The notes under the pieces: model-generated | Seen by the model: only the letters and a program-made list of their open reading frames with translations | Told to the model about the DNA's origin: nothing | Databases searched by the model: none | Program-made: the position numbers and the translations under genes | Assembly: GCA_041576165.1 (NCBI GenBank) | Contig: JBFGLM010000005.1 | Span: forward strand, 64,001-128,000 | DNA length: 64,000 nt | Source: Acidimicrobiia bacterium | Lineage (GTDB): Bacteria > Actinomycetota > Acidimicrobiia > Spongiisociales > Spongiisociaceae | Reading direction: 5' to 3' | In this document: positions 9,719-20,173 of the stretch, piece by piece | Layout of the letters: every line of letters begins with the position of its first letter | How positions within the stretch are numbered: position 1 is the first letter of the stretch

Positions 9719-11851
9719 TCACGGGCGCCGTTTGTCGTCCGGTTTGGGCGTCTTCTCACGGCTCACGTCGAGTTCGATCTGAGTGGAGACCTCATCCCAC
9801 CGGCGAACATTGAGATCTTGATCGGCAGGCTTGCTGGGTTCGCCGAGATAAAAACCCTGACCGGCGTGGATGCCGAGGCGCTTGACTTCCTCGAGCTGTT
9901 CTCGGGTCTCGATGCCTTCCGCGATGATCGTGGCCTCGATGCGCGACGCCGTGGCAACGACACCGTTGATGATGGCGAGGTTGGCGGGCTCGTCGATGGC
10001 TTCGATCAGCGACATGTCGAGCTTGACGATCTGAGGCTTCAGACGCACCACGTGCCACATGTCCATCTCGCCGGTGCCGACATCGTCGAGCGCCAGCCGG
10101 TAACCGCGTTCTACCAGCTGCTCTACTGCGGCGCAGGTCCGTTCGTAGTTGGCGACGGTGGCATCTTCGGACAGTTCAAACACGACTTGCTTGGGATCCA
10201 GCCCGCCGCACGCGTCAAGCAGCTCGCTCGACAACAGCGTGTCGGTTGAGACGTTCAGCGCCAGGTACGTTCCGCTCACGAGGTTGCCGGCCGCACCGAC
10301 CGCCTTGCGAATGGTCGCCAGCTCGAAATCGACGATCATGCCGGATCGCTCCGCCGCTTTCAGCCAGTCCGCCGGCTGACCGTGTCGGAAGCGGCTCAGG
10401 GCCTCGAAACCCTCCACCGTCTTGAACTCGTCACCCGTCAACATGAAGATCGGTTGGAGGACGACCTCGAAATCGTCCTGCTCGAGCACATCGAAGAGAT
10501 CGGCGGTCGACACCTCGCCCGACTGCGCCATTCGGGTCGGGTCGCCCTCACCCACCGCGGCCGGCAGGGTGAGCCGGAACACCGAGAATGTCGAGTCGCG
10601 CCGCTCATACTCGAGCGATCCGTGCATCAACTGGGCGAGGCGTTCCGAGAGGCGCAGACCTACGCCGACCTTCAGGTCGTTGCGATCAGCCTCGGCGGCG
10701 CGCACCCCCTCCGACGCCAGCACCTCGGTCAGCATGTCGGCCGGCAGGCCGGGCCCGTCGTCTGCTACTTCGACCCATGAGCATTCATCGTCGCGGCCGA
10801 TTGTGATCGTCACGAACTCGTCGCGATGTTCCCGGGCGTTGGCGATCAAGTGGCGAAGGATCTGCCGCAGGCGCTTGGGATCGGCCGATGCTTCGGCGTA
10901 ACCCGCTACGGACACGTAGTCGACATGCTGCATTTCGAGCCCGGTCAGTACCGTTTCGGTGATCCGGCGCAGATCACAGTCGGCAACCTCGACGTCCACG
11001 TCCTGGTCATCCGCCCGCGACACCACCCGCAGGTCTTCCATCAGATAGCCGAGGTCGGTGGCCTGCTCTGCGATGGTTTCAATCATGTCGTTTCTCTGGC
11101 GGGCATTGAACCGGTGGCGTTCACTCCGCAGTGTCTCGGCGAATCCGAGCACCGATGTCATCGGGGTACGGAGATGGTGGAGCACCGCGTTCACGAACTG
11201 CGTCTTGGATGCTTGTACTGCGCGTTCGGTCTCCAGCTCGGCTTCCAGCCGGAGCCGCTCGGCCATGCGGCGCTGGTTCCAGCGAATTGCCAGTATCGCG
11301 ATGCCCGGCAGTATGACGGCGACCAGCCAGCGCGCCGCCACAGCCACTCGTCCCGCCTGCGTCGCCGAGGCGCTGATTTGCTCAGCGCGGTTGACCCGCT
11401 CGCCGTCGGCCATCTCGACCACCTTGCGCAGCTGCTGGGAGGCGAATGGTGATGCCGTGACCGAGCCGACGCTCAACTGTTCGATGGCCTGATCGAGCGC
11501 CTCGCCCGCTTTGATGGCCTTGATGGCCGCGCCGCGTCCGGAGACTGCCTGCAAATCCGCCACCGCGTCCGCGTATTGGGCGCGAGCGACTTTCACCTCT
11601 TCGAGTGCGGCGGCCGCGTCGGCCGGGTCGGCTTGACCGGCAGCGACCTGGGTAGCGAGAAAGTCGGCCTGGCTGAGCAGGGCATCGGCCGTCCAGGCGA
11701 ACACCAGCACTTCATTGGCCTTGAGCTGCACATCGGCATCCTCTGCGATGGCGATCCGCGCCATGGAGGTGGCCAGCAGGCTCGCCGCAAGGACAAGAGC
11801 GACGCCGAGGGCGAACCCCCCGAGCACGCGCCAGCGGGCGTCGCGCCTCAC
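9719..11851 (-). CDS. Membrane sensor histidine kinase fused to an EAL phosphodiesterase domain
   Basis: Two TM segments; H-box HHLRTPMTSVLGFAE, N-box HLIANA, DDGPG, GVGL; C-terminal QPI..GFEALSRF, LNVS, DDVGTG, KLD, AEGIET, GQGF. Confidence 0.82.
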   Translation of the reverse strand: MRRDARWRVLGGFALGVALVLAASLLATSMARIAIAEDADVQLKANEVLVFAWTADALLSQADFLATQVAAGQADPADAAAALEEVKVARAQYADAVADLQAVSGRGAAIKAIKAGEALDQAIEQLSVGSVTASPFASQQLRKVVEMADGERVNRAEQISASATQAGRVAVAARWLVAVILPGIAILAIRWNQRRMAERLRLEAELETERAVQASKTQFVNAVLHHLRTPMTSVLGFAETLRSERHRFNARQRNDMIETIAEQATDLGYLMEDLRVVSRADDQDVDVEVADCDLRRITETVLTGLEMQHVDYVSVAGYAEASADPKRLRQILRHLIANAREHRDEFVTITIGRDDECSWVEVADDGPGLPADMLTEVLASEGVRAAEADRNDLKVGVGLRLSERLAQLMHGSLEYERRDSTFSVFRLTLPAAVGEGDPTRMAQSGEVSTADLFDVLEQDDFEVVLQPIFMLTGDEFKTVEGFEALSRFRHGQPADWLKAAERSGMIVDFELATIRKAVGAAGNLVSGTYLALNVSTDTLLSSELLDACGGLDPKQVVFELSEDATVANYERTCAAVEQLVERGYRLALDDVGTGEMDMWHVVRLKPQIVKLDMSLIEAIDEPANLAIINGVVATASRIEATIIAEGIETREQLEEVKRLGIHAGQGFYLGEPSKPADQDLNVRRWDEVSTQIELDVSREKTPKPDDKRRP

Positions 11852-12954
11852 GTCCGCCCCGTCAGAACTGCGGCCCTAAAGCGTTTCCGCACTGCCCTCC
11901 AATCGATGATGAAGGGGATCACGATAACCAGGGCCCAGATAGTGGCCGCGCCCGTGTCCTGTATGGCGCCGGCGATCACTCCGATGATCACGAAGGGGCT
12001 GACGACCAGGTCTTTGAGGGCCCGGGGAATCGCTTCGGCCAGGTCGCGAAGCGAAAAGGCCTGGACCGGGTCAATTGACACCGATCGGAGGACCCGCGGA
12101 GGCTCCAGTGCGGCCACGAGCGGCCGCGGCGCCTCCGGCGCCTCTGGAGCCACGGCAGCCGCGGCCTGAGCCGGCGCCGCCGGCGGCTCTTCCTCCGGCG
12201 CTATGGGTGGCGCAGCCAGCACTGTCTCGCGCAAATCCTCGTCGGCAGCAGCTGTCAACGGCACGGTGGTCGTGGTGATGTCCACCTCCGGTACCGGGCC
12301 CGAATTCACCGACGTGGTCGGCGTTTCGGCGGCGGTGGTCGAAGTCACCGGCTGGGTGGCGGGGGGTGGAGGTGGCGGCGGCTGGGTCGTGACCGGAGGC
12401 GGAGTCGTCACCGGGGGTTGGGTGGTGGGCGGCGGAGGGGCGGTGGTTGTCGTGGTCGGCAGCGTGGTGGTCGTAGGCGGAGGCGGCGGCGGCGGAGCCG
12501 TGGGGTCGGTCGTCGTGGTCGTGCCTTCGGGCGCCGTGGTAGTCGTTGTCGTGGGTGGAGCAGCTTGCACCGTCAGCGAGAACGTCGCGAAGTCCGAGGT
12601 CCCTCCCGCTACCTGCGGTGTCTCCGACAGATCGATGACATACGTACCAGCCGGCGTGTCATAGGCGACCGAAACCGAGACGGTGGCGCTCCAAGAGCCG
12701 GCACCTGAGATGCAACGCGGTGAGACTCCCAGCGTGATCATGCCGGTGGGCGAGATGGCGCCCAGACACGAATCGGACCCGGACAGGTTGACTCGGAAAG
12801 ATGTCGAGTTACCCGCGACAACCGTGCCCGACGACGGGCTGACGGAAGTGATGGTGGCATTGACCGGTGATACGACCGCCATCACGAGCAACAGGACGAA
12901 TGCAATCGTCACGGCTCCAACAAGGCGCGTCCCCAACGCCCGCCGCTGTTCCAT
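11848..12954 (-). CDS. Secreted/surface protein: signal peptide, Ig-like beta domain, Pro/Thr-rich linker, C-terminal TM anchor
   Basis: LVGAVTIAFVLLLVMAVVSPVNA; PTTTTT/PPPPP linker; hydrophobic C-terminus; stop overlaps the GTG of the HK-EAL gene. Confidence 0.65.
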   Translation of the reverse strand: MEQRRALGTRLVGAVTIAFVLLLVMAVVSPVNATITSVSPSSGTVVAGNSTSFRVNLSGSDSCLGAISPTGMITLGVSPRCISGAGSWSATVSVSVAYDTPAGTYVIDLSETPQVAGGTSDFATFSLTVQAAPPTTTTTTAPEGTTTTTDPTAPPPPPPPTTTTLPTTTTTAPPPPTTQPPVTTPPPVTTQPPPPPPPATQPVTSTTAAETPTTSVNSGPVPEVDITTTTVPLTAAADEDLRETVLAAPPIAPEEEPPAAPAQAAAAVAPEAPEAPRPLVAALEPPRVLRSVSIDPVQAFSLRDLAEAIPRALKDLVVSPFVIIGVIAGAIQDTGAATIWALVIVIPFIIDWRAVRKRFRAAVLTGRT

Positions 12955-13081
12955 TCTCGTCGCTCCGTGATCGGGGTCGAGCCTCCCAGCCACGATCCCC
13001 CCAGACCAATGGCCTGGTAGTCCATGGGAGGATACGCGCGCGACGGGCGTTTGGACAATGGAGGCTCCGCCGGGCCTGGTC

Positions 13082-15271
13082 TCAGCTCGACCCGGCTCCG
13101 GCGAGTTTCGCCATCCAGCCGGCGGGATCGAGGCTGTGGGAGATGTTGACCTTTCCCACGCTGGGCCCCGTGCAGCTGTAGACCATCGTCCACGGCTCGA
13201 CCGCCGCGCAATGCTCGGGATCAGCCAGCGCACTGGCCAGATTCATGTAGAAGCCGGGTTGTATGTAGTGCTGGGTGGCGTTGGCGTCGGTGGCGTTCAC
13301 CAGCCGTTCTCCGTACGGATCCGTGTAGAAGGTGCCCGTACGCAGCGCCAGAGCATGGTTGAACGTGAACCCCTCATCGCTCCGGATGTTGTCCATCTCG
13401 CGCTTGGTCGAGGTTTGGTCCCGGTCCGGAGCATGGAACGTCACCGTGTCACAGGTGAGGTTGGTGCAGAAGGTGAACGGGTCCCGAATGTCGAACTGAT
13501 GCTTGAACACCATGCCTAGATTCGACGCCGCCACGGTCTCGTTCGATTTCCACTGCTCGTAGTCGGTGGAGTCCGCCGTCGTGCGGATGCTCTTCTCGAA
13601 GCCGTTGGGGATGCTCTCGGCCAGTTCGTTCATGTCGTAACCACAATTGGTCGGGGTGATCAGCGGATCGCCATCCCGGTCCGCCGCCTCGGACACCCCA
13701 AAATCGGCCTTGAAGCCCGTCCGGAACACCTCATCCCCCGAGGCCGTATACACCATCACATACACGGTGTGCAGCTGCGCGCACACCCGCCGCACCGAGG
13801 CCGTGCTCACGTGGTCGATGAAGCGGACATACGACCCACCGGTTGTCTGAAAGATCGTCTCCTTGAAGCCCATATCCGGCTCGTCCTGGGGCACCTTGTC
13901 GGCGACGTACTGGTACCCGACGAAGGGCGCACCAGGAATGATCCTGGGATCCGAGCCGTGTTCATGGCCGAAGTAGCACCAGTAGGTCGGATCGATCTGA
14001 GGATGCCAAGTGCCGTACGTCTCTCCGTCCCATGCCACAGTCGTGTAGGAGTCGTGGACCCACACGGGACACAGCTGGTTGGGAATCGGAGTTTCCAGGC
14101 CAGCGGGAACCGGCGGCCTGGCGGTGGGCGTCCCGTTCGATTCCGCCAGCAGCACCACGTAGACCTGCGATCCATCGCCGTCGGGGCTCGGGCCCGGCAG
14201 CGAGTGCCACCCGTACCCGAGCGTCTTCTCGTACACGTTGAGCACGTCCCCGTCGATGGCCACAGTCCCCGCCAGCGACCAGCTGGAAAGCCAGGCCGGT
14301 TTGGGATCCCAGCGCTCCCGCCAGACGAGTGCCACCCTGGCCGAGCGGGTCAGGAAGAAGTGGAAGAAGTCGGAATCGGTGCGGTCACTCCACTGGCTGG
14401 CCGGAAGCAGCACGTCCCATCCTGCGTAGTCGTTGGCGTTGGTCACCAGGTCGTCGGCATCCTCCCCGACGGAGAACCCGGCCGCGAACTGACGCGGGTG
14501 GTAGTAGACGTCATCGACCTCATAGCGCTTGATGTCAGATCGAGTCGGATCCCACTGGTAGAAGCGCTCTACCAGGGCCCGAATTGGATACGGCGGCGTG
14601 AGTTCGGCGAGCCCCATCCCGCGTCCCAGAAATGACGCCATCTGGTCGCGGAGGACCGGCTTGGCCGGGCAGTACGCAGCGGCGCCACATCCGAGGGTGA
14701 TCCCGGCGTCTGCCACCTTGTTGATGTTCGTCTCGTGTGGGTTTCCGTCATCGTCGGTGAAATGGTCGGTGGAGCCTCCGCCCAGTTGGAAAGCCCGGGC
14801 GAGGAAGGAGGCCATCTCGGCCCGCGTGACCGAGTCAAACGGGCAATAGCTCTTGCCGCCGCAGCCGAGGGTGATCCCGGCGTCTGCCAGCTTGTTGATG
14901 TTGGCCTCGTGGGCCGTCCCGTCGTCATCGGTGAAATGGTCGGTGGTCGAAGTGGGCAGCTCGAGCGCCCGCGCGATGAACGACGCCATCTGCTCCCGTG
15001 ACACTTCTGCACTCGGGCAGTAGGTTTCATAGTCGCAGCCGAGCGTCACTCCCTGTGCAGCTATGGCCTCGATGTACCCCTCGTGAACGCTGAGATCCTC
15101 GTCGACGAAGGTACCCCCGGGCGGCAGGCTTTGCGCATTGGATGCCTGGCCGGCGAACAGGACGAGCAGCATCACGCCCGCGGTGATGGCGGCCACCGTC
15201 ATCACTCGCAGAGTAGATCCGGTCCCGGCTCCTGGCGCGGCGGCCCTGACGCGAAAAAGCGGCTCCCTCAA
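13082..15271 (-). CDS. S-layer-homology(SLH)-like domain protein with uncharacterised C-terminal domain
   Basis: Three repeats of F.D...HE..I..(I/L/V)A..G.TLGC...YCP...V.R.(Q/E)MASF; C-terminal WHP...YWCYFGHEHGSDP. Confidence 0.75.
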   Translation of the reverse strand: MREPLFRVRAAAPGAGTGSTLRVMTVAAITAGVMLLVLFAGQASNAQSLPPGGTFVDEDLSVHEGYIEAIAAQGVTLGCDYETYCPSAEVSREQMASFIARALELPTSTTDHFTDDDGTAHEANINKLADAGITLGCGGKSYCPFDSVTRAEMASFLARAFQLGGGSTDHFTDDDGNPHETNINKVADAGITLGCGAAAYCPAKPVLRDQMASFLGRGMGLAELTPPYPIRALVERFYQWDPTRSDIKRYEVDDVYYHPRQFAAGFSVGEDADDLVTNANDYAGWDVLLPASQWSDRTDSDFFHFFLTRSARVALVWRERWDPKPAWLSSWSLAGTVAIDGDVLNVYEKTLGYGWHSLPGPSPDGDGSQVYVVLLAESNGTPTARPPVPAGLETPIPNQLCPVWVHDSYTTVAWDGETYGTWHPQIDPTYWCYFGHEHGSDPRIIPGAPFVGYQYVADKVPQDEPDMGFKETIFQTTGGSYVRFIDHVSTASVRRVCAQLHTVYVMVYTASGDEVFRTGFKADFGVSEAADRDGDPLITPTNCGYDMNELAESIPNGFEKSIRTTADSTDYEQWKSNETVAASNLGMVFKHQFDIRDPFTFCTNLTCDTVTFHAPDRDQTSTKREMDNIRSDEGFTFNHALALRTGTFYTDPYGERLVNATDANATQHYIQPGFYMNLASALADPEHCAAVEPWTMVYSCTGPSVGKVNISHSLDPAGWMAKLAGAGSS

Positions 15272-15491
15272 GATTCCCTCCTCGTGAGGTACTTCCTGTC
15301 GGTTCCGCCGCCCGGAAATGTATCAGATTTGTGGTCAAACAACAACACCGGGTGCGATTCTGTCTCAACCGAGACGATTCGCCGACCAGAAATGCCTCAA
15401 CGAAGCGCGAACAATGGTCGATTCACTCCAAAGAAGGGTCTTGCGGGCGTTGTGGGGGGCATGAGTGCGCAGCGACGATTCGAGCTCGGCG

Positions 15492-16919
15492 ATGGAAACT
15501 GAAAACGTGGACCATCCGGTGACCGGCCGACCGGCGGACTCCGGTTTGACGGCTACTACCTCTACCGAGGTTGATTTGCGCGCGGGACGCCCCGTTGTCC
15601 GGTTCACCTCCGACGGATCCGACGCCGACGAACTGGCCTACTGGGCGACGCACGACCGGCTCACTCGCCTCGCCAACCGCGACCTGTTCCGGACCGAGCT
15701 CGTGCGCGCCATGGCCCTCAGCCAGCGCGCGAGAGACGCGCTGGCAGTTCTGTTCATAGACCTCGACCGATTCAAGCAGGTGAACGACGTGTTCGGGCAT
15801 GAGGTGGGTGACCGGGTGCTGGTCCAGGTGGCCGAGCGGATCGTGCGGGTGTCGCGTCCGGCCGACACGGTGGGTCGGTTCGGCGGCGACGAGTTCGTGG
15901 TGCTGTGTAACGACATCCGCGAAGTCGGCCGGGCGTGGTCGATCGCCCAGCGAATCGCATCCGAAATAGACCGCCCGTTCCAGGTTGGAGAGCTGGAGCT
16001 GTCGATCGGGTGCAGCATCGGGATCGCCCTTGCCGAGGACACCCTCGCCCCCGACGAACTGATGCGACGAGCCGATCAAGCCATGTATCGAGCCAAGAGC
16101 GAGCGCACTGAGGTGGCGGCCTATTCCGGCGATCGGGCGCCTCGTCGGATCGGCTCGGAGACGTCCGAATGTCTGCTGACGGCGGCTCTGGCCGGCGACG
16201 TTGAACTGCGCTACCAGCCCATCGTGGGTCTGCGCGACCGTCAGATGCTTGCCTTGCGAGCATCAATCGCTTGGAGCAATGCGGCGGATTCTTCAGCTCC
16301 CGCCGGCGATCTCATGGCCACGGTTGCGGACAGTTCGACAGTTCGGGAGCTCGGCCGCTGGGCGCTCGAACGTTCCCTGTGCGACCTCGCAACTTTCACG
16401 CGGCTGGGCCTCAACCCCGATGTGGGTGTGATGGTCTCGCTCACCGCCCAGCAGGCGCTGGACGGCGGTCTGAGCGACGCGGCTCGCCAGGCCATCGAAC
16501 GAGCGTCGATCGAGCCGGGCCGGCTCATTCTCGGGGTCGCCGAGTCCATCCTGTCCGACGTTCTGGATCCGTCGAACCGGCAGCGATTCGCCCCGGTCGG
16601 AAACCGATTCGCGATCGAATCGTTCGGTGTGTCCGGCTCATCGCTGCTGCAGCTCGGAGATCTCGGCGCCGCCTATTTGACCATTGACCAACGATTTGTC
16701 TCCGGCCTGAGCCGAACGCCGCATCTGGCCAAGGTGATCGGTGCGATGACACAACTTGCTGGAGCTTTCGGAATGAAGGCCATAGCGGCGGGAGCCGAGT
16801 CGGAAGCAGACCTTGCGTCCTTGCGTCGGCTCGGCTGCGCGGCCGCGTACGGCCATTGTGTGAGCCCGGCCCTTCCGGCCGACCAAATCAACGGCCTGGT
16901 GGCCAGCGGAGCGGCTTGA
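15492..16919 (+). CDS. Diguanylate cyclase (GGDEF) with degenerate EAL domain
   Basis: HDRLTRLANR, FIDLDRFKQVNDVFGH..GD, RPAD I-site, GGDEF; EAL replaced by LALRAS and DDFG by ESFG. Confidence 0.85.
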   Translation: METENVDHPVTGRPADSGLTATTSTEVDLRAGRPVVRFTSDGSDADELAYWATHDRLTRLANRDLFRTELVRAMALSQRARDALAVLFIDLDRFKQVNDVFGHEVGDRVLVQVAERIVRVSRPADTVGRFGGDEFVVLCNDIREVGRAWSIAQRIASEIDRPFQVGELELSIGCSIGIALAEDTLAPDELMRRADQAMYRAKSERTEVAAYSGDRAPRRIGSETSECLLTAALAGDVELRYQPIVGLRDRQMLALRASIAWSNAADSSAPAGDLMATVADSSTVRELGRWALERSLCDLATFTRLGLNPDVGVMVSLTAQQALDGGLSDAARQAIERASIEPGRLILGVAESILSDVLDPSNRQRFAPVGNRFAIESFGVSGSSLLQLGDLGAAYLTIDQRFVSGLSRTPHLAKVIGAMTQLAGAFGMKAIAAGAESEADLASLRRLGCAAAYGHCVSPALPADQINGLVASGAA

Positions 16920-16961
16920 ACCGCCGGTCGTCTCGGCCCGTCTCCGCCCGAAAACCCTAGA

Positions 16962-17966
16962 TCAGGGGACCGTCCACGTACCCTGCGAGCTGAGGAGTTT
17001 CGCCAGGTCGCCCCGCCCCTTGGCCTCCCGTGCATCAACCAGCTGGCGGACGACCGCGTCGTCGTAGGCCGGGCGCTCGACGTTGCGGAAGATGCCGAGG
17101 GGAGTCGGTCCGTACGGCCCGTGTGCCAGTCGGCTGAGCGCGAACGCTTGACTCGGGTCCGGGTGGGTTTCGTCATGCACCACGATCGCGGACGGATCAA
17201 CTGTGGCGGTCAGCACGACCTTGGCGCTGGCGCCTTCCATCACGACCGCCTTCTCCTTGTCGGGGCCAAACACCACCGGCTGGCCGTGCACCAGATCGAT
17301 CCGGTTGTGAGTGCGCTCCTGCTTGCCCGTCAGCTCGATGAACGCTTTGTCGTTGAAGACATTGCAGTTCTGATAGATCTCAATGAACGCTGAGCCTTGG
17401 TGGGCGTGGGCTTTGCGCAGAATGTCGATCGTGTGGTTGCGGTCCATGTCCAACGTGCGGGCCACAAAACTGGCCTCGGCCCCCAGCGCCAGACTGATCG
17501 GGTTGAACGGATGATCCACCGAGCCCATCGGAGACGACTTCGTCAGCTTGCCCACCTCCGAGGTGGGGGAGTACTGGCCCTTCGTAAGGCCGTAGATCTG
17601 GTTGTTGAACAACAGGATCTTGATGTTCACGTTCCGCCGCAGGGCGTGGATCAAGTGATTGCCGCCGATCGAGAGCATGTCCCCGTCTCCACCCACGACC
17701 CACACACTGAGGTCGGGGTTGGCGACGGCGACGCCACTCGCAATAGCCGGGGCCCGCCCGTGGATCGAGTGCATCCCGTACGTGTTCATGTAGTACGGGA
17801 ACCGGGCGGCACACCCAATGCCCGACACGAAAACGATGTTCTCGCGGGGGACCCCCATCTCGGCCATGAATGTCTGGACCGACGCCAGGATGGTGTAATC
17901 ACCGCACCCGGGGCACCAGCGCACCTCTTGATCGGTCTGAAAGTCTGTCCGGGTATAGGTCGTCAT
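16962..17966 (-). CDS. korB: 2-oxoacid:ferredoxin oxidoreductase beta subunit
   Basis: VRWCPGCGDY, VSGIGC, HGRAP, GGDGD, NNQIYGLTKGQYSPTS. Confidence 0.93.
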   Translation of the reverse strand: MTTYTRTDFQTDQEVRWCPGCGDYTILASVQTFMAEMGVPRENIVFVSGIGCAARFPYYMNTYGMHSIHGRAPAIASGVAVANPDLSVWVVGGDGDMLSIGGNHLIHALRRNVNIKILLFNNQIYGLTKGQYSPTSEVGKLTKSSPMGSVDHPFNPISLALGAEASFVARTLDMDRNHTIDILRKAHAHQGSAFIEIYQNCNVFNDKAFIELTGKQERTHNRIDLVHGQPVVFGPDKEKAVVMEGASAKVVLTATVDPSAIVVHDETHPDPSQAFALSRLAHGPYGPTPLGIFRNVERPAYDDAVVRQLVDAREAKGRGDLAKLLSSQGTWTVP

Positions 17967-19846
17967 GACTCAAGCATCTCCGCGATCTTGCGCTCGATTT
18001 CGGCCGCCCGAAACACAATCCCCTCAACCTTGTTGAAGGAAATGGCCGGAACGAGGAACTCCGCCCGTAGGAGCCGGGAGAGGTGTCCGCTGTTCAGCTC
18101 GGGGATCAGCACCTTGTCGTAGCTGCTCAGGATGGTGGCCAGATTGTTCGGGAAGGGATTCAGATGCCGGAGGTGGGCTTGGGCCACCGTCAGCCCGTGG
18201 CGGCGAGCGTTCCGCACACCCGCAGTGACTGCCCCATAGGTCGAGCCCCATGAGAGGACCAGCAGGTCGGCGCCCTGGGGATCCTCTACTTCGAGGTCGG
18301 GGATGTCGTTGGCGATGTTGGCGATCTTCCAGGCGCGGATGTCGGTCATCAGCTGATGGTTGGCAGGGTCGTAGGACACGTCACCGCTGACTTCTTCCTT
18401 CTCGATGCCGCCGAGCCGGTGCTCGAGACCCGGAGTCCCCGGAACCGCCCACTGCCGGGCCATGGTGTGGGCATCCCGGTAGTAGGGCAGGAAGCGGTCG
18501 TCCACATTGGGACGGGTTGCGAATCGGATCGAGATGTCGGGCAGCGAATCGACATCGGGGAGGCGCCATGGCTCGGACCCGGTGGCGATGTAACCATCGG
18601 AGAGGATGAGCACCGGCGTCATGTACTTCAGTGCGATCCGCGCCGCTTCGATGGTTGTATCGAATGCATCGGCCGCGCTGGCGATTGCCAGCACCGGCAG
18701 CGGGGCTTCGCCGTGGCGTCCGTACATCGCCATCATCAGGTCTGATTGCTCGGGCTTGGTCGGCATACCTGTGGATGGACCCGCCCGCTGCACGTCGACG
18801 ACGATCATCGGCAGCTCTGCGACAACCGCCAGCGAGATGGTCTCACTCTTCAAGGCCACGCCGGGACCGCTGGTCCCGGTGACGGCCAGATGGCCGGTGA
18901 AGGCGGCGCCGAGCGCCGCGCCGACTGCGGCGATCTCGTCCTCGGCTTGGAAGGTCTTGACACCGAAGTTCTTGTGGCGAGACAACTCGTGCAGGATGTC
19001 CGAGGCCGGGGTGATCGGGTAGCTCCCGTAGAAGAGCGGCAGGCTGGACAGCTCGGCCGCCGCGATCAGGCCCCACGAGAGTGCCACGTTGCCGTTGACG
19101 TTCGTATAGGTGCCGGAGGGCAACTTGGCCGGCTTGACCTCGAACGTCCGCTGAAATGCTTCAGTGGTGAGCCCGAAGTTGTAGCCGGCCTTGAGCGCAT
19201 TGATATTGGCCGTGGCTACCTCCGGCTGCCGGGCCCGGAATTTTTCGTTGACCCAGTTCTCGGTGACGGTGGTGGGGCGCCCGAACAACCACAGGACCAA
19301 GCCCAGGGCCAGGAAGTTCTTGGACCGGAGGACGGCGCGGCCGGTGACACCGGAATCCTTGACCGCCTCCTTGGTCAGGGTCTCCATCGGGACCTGATAG
19401 ACCTCCCAATCCGAGAGGCTGGTGTCTTCCAAGGGGTTCTTGTCGTAGCCCGCCTTCGCGAGATTGCGCTCGTCGAATGCCTCGTGGTTGACGATGAGGA
19501 TGCCGCCCGAGCGCAGGTCTCCTAGGTTGGACTTCAGAGCCGCTGGGTTCATCGCAACCAGGACGTCGGGTTGATCGCCAGGGGTGAGGATGTCCCAATC
19601 CGCGATCTGGACCTGAAATGACGAAACTCCCGGTAGCGTGCCCTGTGGAGCGCGAATCTCGGCCGGGAAATTGGGCAGCGTGGCGAGATCGTTACCAAAC
19701 GCAGCGGAGGCGTCGGTGAATCGATTTCCAGCCAGCTGCATGCCGTCGCCGGAGTCGCCGGCGAAGCGGATGACGACCCGGTCGATCGGTTGGACGGCGA
19801 TAGCCGTCTCAGCGTCGGATTCGACGGTTGCAGTGTCGTCAGACAC
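17963..19846 (-). CDS. korA: 2-oxoacid:ferredoxin oxidoreductase alpha subunit
   Basis: IRFAGDSGDGMQL, FPAEIRAP, YPITPASD, QAEDEIA, TSGPG, QRAGPSTGMPTK. Confidence 0.93.
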   Translation of the reverse strand: MSDDTATVESDAETAIAVQPIDRVVIRFAGDSGDGMQLAGNRFTDASAAFGNDLATLPNFPAEIRAPQGTLPGVSSFQVQIADWDILTPGDQPDVLVAMNPAALKSNLGDLRSGGILIVNHEAFDERNLAKAGYDKNPLEDTSLSDWEVYQVPMETLTKEAVKDSGVTGRAVLRSKNFLALGLVLWLFGRPTTVTENWVNEKFRARQPEVATANINALKAGYNFGLTTEAFQRTFEVKPAKLPSGTYTNVNGNVALSWGLIAAAELSSLPLFYGSYPITPASDILHELSRHKNFGVKTFQAEDEIAAVGAALGAAFTGHLAVTGTSGPGVALKSETISLAVVAELPMIVVDVQRAGPSTGMPTKPEQSDLMMAMYGRHGEAPLPVLAIASAADAFDTTIEAARIALKYMTPVLILSDGYIATGSEPWRLPDVDSLPDISIRFATRPNVDDRFLPYYRDAHTMARQWAVPGTPGLEHRLGGIEKEEVSGDVSYDPANHQLMTDIRAWKIANIANDIPDLEVEDPQGADLLVLSWGSTYGAVTAGVRNARRHGLTVAQAHLRHLNPFPNNLATILSSYDKVLIPELNSGHLSRLLRAEFLVPAISFNKVEGIVFRAAEIERKIAEMLES

Positions 19847-20173
19847 AGAGAATCACTTCCTTCTGAGCCGGTTGTCGTGCTTCAACCGCCCGGCTCGGTG
19901 TTTCATCCTCGGGGACATCGTCCGTCCAGCTTCCCACCAGTGCGAACCTTCCCGCAGAAGAGTCCATTCCGCCGCGGCCTGATCTGCCACTCCCGGCTAC
20001 GCCCGTCACGAACCGGCGATGATGCGACCAAATCCGGCGCTGGTCTTTGTGCAGGATTGCTCTAGTCCGATTGTCCGATATTTGCTTTTCTTTGTCGAGT
20101 ATTCCGCGGCGTACACACATCCAGATCATGAGACGGGTGCCGGCCTCGGAATCCGCTTCTCAGGGTGCCTCAA

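Noticed and set aside
12280-12570. Low-complexity repeat as a DNA element
   Set aside because: Explained by the Pro/Thr-rich linker of the minus-strand surface protein
15272-15491. c-di-GMP riboswitch between the SLH and GGDEF genes
   Set aside because: No recognisable GEMM motif; looks like an ordinary divergent promoter region
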